Assembly (NCBI RefSeq): GCF_009914755.1
Contig: NC_060925.1
Length of the DNA stretch: 64,000 nucleotides
From: the human T2T-CHM13v2.0 reference genome, Homo sapiens
Reading direction: 5' to 3' (one strand)
Shown: positions 56,860 through 64,000 of the stretch, one piece after another
How the letters are laid out: the number at the start of each line of letters is the position of its first letter
Position numbering within the stretch: the stretch's first letter is position 1
Notes under the pieces: model-generated
The model's database searches: none
Seen by the model: the letters and a program-made list of their open reading frames with translations, nothing else
Told to the model about the DNA's origin: nothing
Translations under genes and position numbers: made by a program

Positions 56860-59000
56860 TTGAAGACTGAAAGGATGCGCATCCAATTCAGTCCACACTG
56901 ATTGAGGAACCAGGTTTATACCAGGCTGCGGCTTGGCTTGGAGGATAGATACATGGGTGAAAAGGGCGACAGTGCCCGCTCTTGGTGGACCTCTAGTGTG
57001 AGGCAGGGGGACAGAGAGGCCTGCAGTGCATCAGGGCTAGGGCCGTGGTGGAGAGAAAGATGTGGGGTGAAGAGAGGGCAGGCTGGACGCCATTGGGAAG
57101 GGGCCCGAGGCCTTACGGGGTGAGTTGAGGGGTGATGGGTGAGTAGGGATTCCGCCAGGAGAGGAGCATCCCAGCAGAGGGAGCAGCCTGTGTGGAGCCC
57201 CGTGAATCAGAGGAACTGCCAGGCAGTGGTGTGGGAAGCCAGTGTGTATGGAGCATCTCCACCATGCCATGTGGCGCTGCAGGTGCCGGGGACACAGCAG
57301 CATATGAGACAGGTCCCTGCCCCCACAGGGCCAGTATCTGAGTGGCAGGAGACAGACACAGAGGGATGGCTTCAGCCATGATGACGAATGCTGAGGAAGA
57401 CAAAGCAAAGCAGTGCCGGAGCGGGTGCTGTCTGGAGAGGGGTCTGGGAAAGGCTTCCCTGTGGAGGGCCCGGTGCTGGGACCCATGTGGAGAGGAGAAG
57501 GCAGTGTGGGACGTCTGGGAAGAGAGTCTCCCAGGCTGTGTTGGTGTCCTTGGGCTGCACTCACAAATGTCAGGCTGGGGCTCAGCCAGTAGACGTCTGT
57601 TGTCTGAGTTCTGGAGGCTGAAGTGCAAGGTGGAGGTGTCTGTGCTGGTTTCTTCGAGCCTCTCCTTGGCTGGGCGGTGGTCGTCTTCTCCTTGTGTCTC
57701 CGTGCAGTTGTCCCTCTCCCAATCCATGTCCAAATTTCCTCTTCCTGCAAGGACACCAGTCCTATTGGATTAGGGCCCACCCTAATGACCTTATTTTACC
57801 TTCATTACCTCTTTAAAGACCCTGTCTCCAAATACGGCCACATTCTGAGAGGCTGGGGATTAGGGCTTCAACATAGGAATTTGGGGGGACATAATTCAGC
57901 CCATAGCACAGGCTGGAGACCAGCAGGTGCAAAGGACAAGCCTGGTGTGTGGGCAGCACTGAAAGAAGGCTGCTGTGGCCGGAGGGAGGGAGGTGAGGCT
58001 GCAGAGACAGGCCGGGGGCGGAGGTGAGCGCTCGTGGGCTCAGAGGCCTTGGCGAGGGCAGGGTTTGGAGGTTGGTGTTGGCATTTTGAGAAGCCACTGG
58101 AGAGGCTAACGGAAGTGACAGTTGGTTAACACTTTAGAAAGGTGGAGGATGGGCTACTGCAGGCAGGGGGAGGCAGGGCAGCTGAGGAGCAAGCTGCATG
58201 CTCGCCCAGCAGTGGTGGTCGGGCCTGGACTAGGGTTGTCAGTGTGCCCCTGGAGGAAGTGGTCAGATTTGGGGATATGTTAAAGGCAGAGCTGAGGGAC
58301 TTACTGATAGATTGGAGGAAGGGTATGTGGGAAGCAGGACTCGGGTGGACTCCAGGGTTGTGGGGCCTGAGCCTCTGGTGGATGATGGTCCCATAAGCTG
58401 AGGAGTCAGGGGCTCGGGTTGGGATGGTGGAATCAATGGCCCGCTTTGTGTCAATAGACCTCCCAATGGAGGTGTGCACAGTTGAGTCTGGAGTTCCAGG
58501 GAGAGGTGGGGAATAGAGAGATTAGCTTTATAGTCATTAGTAGCATCAGAGCTCAAGCTGTGGGACTGGATGAGCTCCCTGGCAGGGAGGTAGAGAAGAG
58601 TGCTGAGGACTGAATCCTGAGCATCAAACCACCAGCAAAGGAGGCTGAACGGGGGAGGCCATGGTGATTTCAAGGGGGCCCCAGAGTCCAGTGTTTCAAG
58701 ATAGAGGTGTAGTCACTGGGGCCAGTGCAGCTGGAGGTGGCGCAAGATGAGGACATCTCTAGCAAGGGCTGTGTCGGTGGAGTAGTGGAGGTAATGGCCT
58801 TGTTGGATTCGGCTGAAGAGAGACCAGGAGGCAAGATTCTGGAGATAATGAGCAGGAACTGGGGCATGACTGGGTTAGAGGGAACTTCTTTATCATCATC
58901 CTTTTCCCCAGTTGGAATGATCCCTTATCAGGGGATAAATGGATGACGCAGTAAAGAAAAAACACTAACGGGAGTGAAATCCTGGAGGTGAGGAGTGGGG
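56860..59000 (-). mobile_element. Degraded L2 LINE in intron 10
   Basis: L2-like phrases: gtggtcagatttggggatatgttaaaggcagagctgagggacttactgatagattgg; gtctggagttccagggagagg. Boundaries approximate. Confidence 0.6.
57537..57908 (-). mobile_element. MaLR solo LTR (MLT1-like) nested in L2
   Basis: aaggacaccagtcctattggattagggcccaccctaatgaccttatttt...gggcttcaacataggaatttggggggacataattcagcccatagca. Confidence 0.8.
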
Positions 59001-59948
59001 TAACCCGAGCAGCAGCGGAGACAGAGGCTGAGCAACGCCAGGGCCGTGTGGTGAGGCCTTGTGGTGGGGAGGTGGGCACCTGTGCTGGGTGCAGAAGAAC
59101 AAGCTGAGAAGGCAGAGGAGAGAGAGAGAGGCAGGTGTGGGCTGCTGCGGGTCTCACCTTGCCAGGAGTGAGGAGAGTAGGGTGCCAACGTCCTGCTGCG
59201 TGGAGGGGTAAAAGCAGGAGATTGGCTTCTAAAGGCCTGGGAGGTTTGCGGTAGGAAGGAGCGAGCTTGGAGGCAAGCACCAGCAGCCCTGGAGCCTGAG
59301 GGTGAAGGGCTTAGGAGGGGCGTGTTGGATTAGGAGTGGTGTCCTCAGCGGGGAGCCTGGTTTCAGTTAGAGCAAGAAAGTGGGGCTGGTTAACAGGTCT
59401 TTGCTGATGCCAGTCCAGAGGGTCCAGTGGGTGGGAGGGGGTGGGGGGAATGGAAGGGGAGAGCGAGGAGAGATGGAGACAGATTAGGAAGGGCATGTGC
59501 AGGCCAGGTCCAGGCCCGAGGGAGGTGACGCATGGTGGAAGCAAGTCGGACAGGCAGCATGAGTGGGCAGGGGAGGAAGGGCCAGGGGCTAGGGCGGTGG
59601 CCCTCTGGCCCCTGCTGACCTCTCTCACCATGTCACAAAGAGCCTGAGTTTCCTGCCAAGGAGTGTGGACTTTGTCCTGGGTGTGAGTGACAGGCACCCA
59701 GGTTAGTGGCAGGGAAGGGGATCCAGGTTTAGGAGTTTTGGGGGGATGGGGTCTCCTGTAAAGTGACCATGGCAGGTAGAGAAGTAGACAAGGGGACACT
59801 GGGCCTCTGCTGGCATAGGCTGGGGTGTGTGGCACCTGTGCAGGGGTGGCCACGGCAGGATGGGGGGCGGCAGGGTGGCCTGGGGAGGCAACGGCTGTGG
59901 GGCTGGCAGCCTGAAGGGCTGGTGCGTGGCATCTCCTCTGCCCTGTAG

Positions 59949-60128
59949 CCAAGGCCAAGGAGGTCCTCCCAGCCATCCGAGGCTACGTGCACTACTTCTT
60001 CGGCTGCCGAGACTGCGCTAGCCACTTCGAGCAGATGGCTGCTGCCTCCATGCACCGGGTGGGGAGTCCCAACGCCGCTGTCCTCTGGCTCTGGTCTAGC
60101 CACAACAGGGTCAATGCTCGCCTTGCAG
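59949..60128 (+). CDS. QSOX1: QSOX1 exon 11 (Erv active site CRDC, C449-C452 at 60005-60016; HNRVN motif)
   Basis: Acceptor ctctgccctgtag; AKAKEVLPAIRGYVHYFFGCRDCASHFEQM...LWLWSSHNRVNARLA; donor CAG|GTAAGG. Confidence 0.97.
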
Positions 60129-61997
60129 GTAAGGAAGGACCATCCCCAAGGCTGGAGTCACTTGTGGGGGACGAGGGGGTGAGGATACTTGGGAGTCTTA
60201 GGCCAAAATTTGGGGAAGGGACACTCATTGTCCCCTCAGTCACAGCCCAGGCCTGTTAACCAATGCCAGTATCATCAGCCCCATTTTTGACATGAGGAAG
60301 CCAAGGCTTTGACACTGTAAGACCCTGGTCTTCCCATGCCGTTGCTCACTTTTTCCCTGCTCTAGGGCCCCTCTCTAGCCTACTGGGGTCCCTCTCCCGC
60401 CTCCCCTGCTCCGTCTTCTGGCTGTTGGCCCCTTACTCAAACTGCTAGGGCAGAGGGAGCTGGGGTTCTCTCTCCCTGGGAAGGGTCTGATGAGAGAAGG
60501 GGCTGGAGGAGACCAGGTCGTTCCTGGAAATACCAGGCACCGGCTCCCAGGAGGGAGCCTTGCCCTCTGCGTTCCCTCATTATGGTGCTTCCTTTTCCTC
60601 ATCAGGAGTCTGATGGCTCTAACAGGCAAACACATTAAACTCCAGGGAGCTGGGTCGGGAGGGAGCCATCTGTGGACAGGAGGCGGTTTGTGTGTCGGGA
60701 GGGAGCGGTGCACGTGGCTGTGACAGCCTCCCGGGGTGGGGAGACCAGGGCGGAGCCGAGGTTAAAGGAGCTGAATGGAGCAGGTGGTGGTGCAGGCGCC
60801 TGCACTTGGTCGTGGTCTCCTGGGGCCTCCTATCGAACTTTGAAAGGAAGACATGTGCCTGTCTTCTCCTTCCCCCACCCCGCCCCTGCCACCAAATGCT
60901 CCATTTGACCCTTCAGCCCCTTGACCTCGGCAGGCTCCCAGCTGCTGCTGGAGGGCCAGGAGCCTGGGCCTGTCCCTGAGAGGCCAGAAGCAGGGTGGTT
61001 CCCTCCCCTCTCTGGTGGGGTCCTTTCAGAAGAAACTCAAAATTACCAGGCACAAGCTGAGAGCCCCCTCCACAAGGCCTGATCACTATGACTCATGACT
61101 GGACCCTTGACTCTGCTTGTTGTCCCCTCCCCAAAATAACCATTCTGACTTGCATGCCACTTGCTGTTGCTGCTCCTGCTTCCTTGTAGTCAACAACTTG
61201 TCCCCCTATTAAAACCTTTAGGAGAAGTGCTTCTACAGAAGGGATGGGCTGATGCATTCCCTGGGCAACACTGCGTGAGGGGCTGGTGGCCGTGGCTCAC
61301 CCTCTGGGACTCATCCAGAGGCTGCCTAGAGGGCTGGGCCCACCTGGGGTACCAACAGCCTGCAGCCCCAGCAGCATCCTGACTCTTCCAAGTACCCCTC
61401 AGGTCTCCCCCCAACTATCCCTTGGAGCCCACCCCTACCCCAGAGGGCTGCTGCTGGGTAAAAGCAAGGATTGCCATGAGCAGCTGCCTCTTGCTTGAAA
61501 ACGCATTTTCCCTTGAATTGACAAAGTAACCTATTTGTGCAGTTTGTATAATTTGGAAAATGTCAGAAAAATGCAAAAAAAGACAAACACGAGCAGACCG
61601 ACCAAAGACTGCAAAACAGATCAAAATGAGTATTCTTGCCCTTTCCCATGTCTGGTACTGGGGTAAAGGCTGGTTGTAAAGTCCACATAGCGGGACAGTG
61701 GGTCTGGCCAACACCGGGAAATGACTGAGATGGCGCTCTTCACGCTTCCCTGGAAAACCACGGAGGGCCGGGGCTGAGGGGTAGGTGGATCTGCCTCCTC
61801 CTCCATGCTGCCATCTGTTGAGCTCCCACTGTGGGCTAGTGTTTGTAATCTGTATTTTCTAATTACCCATCCTCTGGAAGGGCAGTGGCGAGCCCTTTCT
61901 GCAGACAAGGAAGCTGGCGTTCTGAGTGGAGGAGTGTGGTCTGGGTTTTTGGGTGGGACTGATGTCACCACCAGCCTGTGTATGCTTCCCTCTGTAG

Positions 61998-62773
61998 GTG
62001 CCCCCAGCGAGGACCCCCAGTTCCCCAAGGTGCAGTGGCCACCCCGTGAACTTTGTTCTGCCTGCCACAATGAACGCCTGGATGTGCCCGTGTGGGACGT
62101 GGAAGCCACCCTCAACTTCCTCAAGGCCCACTTCTCCCCAAGCAACATCATCCTGGACTTCCCTGCAGCTGGGTCAGCTGCCCGGAGGGATGTGCAGAAT
62201 GTGGCAGCCGCCCCAGAGCTGGCGATGGGAGCCCTGGAGCTGGAAAGCCGGAATTCAACTCTGGACCCTGGGAAGCCTGAGATGATGAAGTCCCCCACAA
62301 ACACCACCCCACATGTGCCGGCTGAGGGACCTGAGGCAAGTCGACCCCCGAAGCTGCACCCTGGCCTCAGAGCTGCACCAGGCCAGGAGCCTCCTGAGCA
62401 CATGGCAGAGCTTCAGAGGAATGAGCAGGAGCAGCCGCTTGGGCAGTGGCACTTGAGCAAGCGAGACACAGGGGCTGCATTGCTGGCTGAGTCCAGGGCT
62501 GAGAAGAACCGCCTCTGGGGCCCTTTGGAGGTCAGGCGCGTGGGCCGCAGCTCCAAGCAGCTGGTCGACATCCCTGAGGGCCAGCTGGAGGCCCGAGCTG
62601 GACGGGGCCGAGGCCAGTGGCTGCAGGTGCTGGGAGGGGGCTTCTCTTACCTGGACATCAGCCTCTGTGTGGGGCTCTATTCCCTGTCCTTCATGGGCCT
62701 GCTGGCCATGTACACCTACTTCCAGGCCAAGATAAGGGCCCTGAAGGGCCATGCTGGCCACCCTGCAGCCTGA
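61998..62773 (+). CDS. QSOX1: QSOX1 exon 12 coding part, long isoform (CSAC C509-C512 at 62054-62065; low-complexity stalk; TM helix ~62657-62722)
   Basis: Acceptor ttccctctgtag; GAPSEDPQFPKVQWPPRELCSACHNE...ISLCVGLYSLSFMGLLAMYTYFQAKIRALKGHAGHPAA*; lies in ORF 61805..62773. Confidence 0.97.
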
Positions 62774-63772
62774 ACCACCTGGGGAGGAGGCGGGAGAGGG
62801 AGCTGCCATCTCTAGGCACCTCAAGCCCCCTGACCCCATTCCCTCCCCTCCCACCCCTTGCTCCTTGTCTGGCCTAGAAGTGTGGGAAATTCAGGAAAAC
62901 GAGTTGCTCCAGTGAAGCTTCTTGGGGTTGCTAGGACAGAGAGCTCCTTTGACACAAAAGACAGGAGCAGGGTCCAGGTTCCCCTGCTGTGCAGGGAGGG
63001 CAGCCCCGGGCAGTGGGCATAGGGCAGCTCAGTCCCTGGCCTCTTAGCACCACATTCCTGTTTTTCAGCTTATTTGAAGTCCTGCCTCATTCTCACTGGA
63101 GCCTCAGTCTCTCCTGCTTGGTCTTGGCCCTCAACTGGGGCAAGTGAAGCCAGAGGAGGGTCCCCCAGCTGGGTGGGCTGGAATGGAACTCCTCACTAGC
63201 TGCTGGGGCTCCGCCCACCCTGCTCCCTTCCGGACAATGAAGAAGCCTTTGCACCCTGGGAGGAAGGACCACCCCGGGCCCTCTATGCCTGGCCAGCCTC
63301 CAGCTCCTCAGACCTCCTGGGTGGGGTTTGGCTTCAGGGTGGGGTTTGGAAGCTTCTGGAAGTCGTGCTGGTCTCCCAGGTGAGGCAAGCCATGGTTGCT
63401 GGGCTGTAGGGTGAGTGGCTTGCTTGGTGGGACCTGACGAGTTGGTGGCATGGGAAGGATGTGGGTCTCTAGTGCCTTGCCCTGGCTTAGCTGCAGGAGA
63501 AGATGGCTGCTTTCACTTCCCCCCATTGAGCTCTGCTCCCTCTGAGCCTGGTCTTTTGTCCTTTTTTATTTTGGTCTCCAAGATGAATGCTCATCTTTGG
63601 AGGGTGCCAGGTAGAAGCTAGGGAGGGGAGTGTCTTCTCTCTCCAGGTTTCACCTTCCAGTGTGCAGAAGTTAGAAGGGTCTGGCGGGGGCAGTGCCTTA
63701 CACATGCTTGATTCCCACGCTACCCCCTGCCTTGGGAGGTGTGTGGAATAAATTATTTTTGTTAAGGCAAGC
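62774..63772 (+). other. QSOX1: QSOX1 proximal 3' UTR (end approximate)
   Basis: Lies between stop 62773 and the predicted cleavage ~15-20 nt after AATAAA. A longer UTR running beyond the window cannot be excluded. Confidence 0.75.
63069..63077 (+). CDS. QSOX1: QSOX1 short-isoform terminal coding segment (Leu-Ile-stop), joined to 62335 through a GC-AG intron; 604-aa secreted form
   Basis: Donor GAG|GCAAGT at 62336 falls exactly after codon E602. Acceptor cctgtttttcag|CTT ATT TGA. This agrees with the known 604-aa QSOX1b isoform. Confidence 0.9.
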   Translation, partial: LI

Positions 63773-63790
63773 ATTGGTGTGTTCTTTAAC
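63747..63790 (+). terminator. Polyadenylation signal AATAAA (63747-63752) with downstream GU/U-rich element
   Basis: ggAATAAAttatttttgttaaggcaagcattGGTGTGTTCTTT. Confidence 0.85.
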
Positions 63791-64000
63791 TTGCTACTTG
63801 GAGACCTAGTGTCCAGTCTGGACAGAATGCACAGAGACCAGCCTCACCTGGAATGCAGCCAGACTCGATGTCCCTCAGCACACACAGCTCCTGGCCACAG
63901 ACTGCCCATAGAACTGTCTGCACCCAAACCCCATGGCCTTTTCATGCACGGAGACAGGCCTCTGGATGTGCAGCCTTGCCACCCCCTGCCCCAATCCTCC

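Noticed and set aside
57037-59976. ORFs of 170-247 aa on the minus strand in intron 10
   Set aside because: They overlap L2/MLT1 remnants and GC-rich intron, are Pro/Ser/Leu-rich, and have no domain or splice support.
61805-61997. In-frame upstream extension of exon 12 (ORF starts 61805)
   Set aside because: This is intronic sequence that happens to be open. The acceptor at 61997 restores the ...RLAGAPSEDP junction.
61621-62854. Long antisense ORFs (260 aa and 199 aa) opposite exon 12
   Set aside because: They are shadow ORFs of a GC-rich coding exon with no recognisable domain.

Overview
This is mammalian, specifically primate, genomic DNA: it is rich in Alu, L1, L2, MIR and LTR repeats. 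It contains the complete protein-coding part of QSOX1 (quiescin sulfhydryl oxidase 1) on the + strand, recognised from the translated exons. I reconstructed 12 GT-AG coding exons from ATG 20643 to TGA 62773. They sum to 2244 nt (747 aa plus stop) with consistent phases at every junction. The protein has a signal peptide, a Trx1 WCGHC motif, Erv/ALR CRDC and CSAC motifs, and a C-terminal TM helix. A 733-nt GC-AG intron inside the last exon (62336-63068) yields a 604-aa form ending ...GPELI*, which lacks the TM helix. A CpG island and GC-box promoter lies at about 20.1-21.2 kb and a poly(A) signal at 63747. The first ~20 kb is intergenic and mostly nested transposon debris. Intron 1 carries an antisense ERV1-type remnant. 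Almost all other ORFs in the supplied track are Alu, simple-repeat or chance ORFs. I find no evidence for a previously undescribed biological system. The most interesting items are the GC-AG isoform switch, the inverted-Alu layout around the in-frame exon 3-5 block, and a minisatellite that appears to have arisen inside an L1 endonuclease motif. Repeat subfamily names come from memory of consensus sequences and need RepeatMasker/Dfam confirmation.
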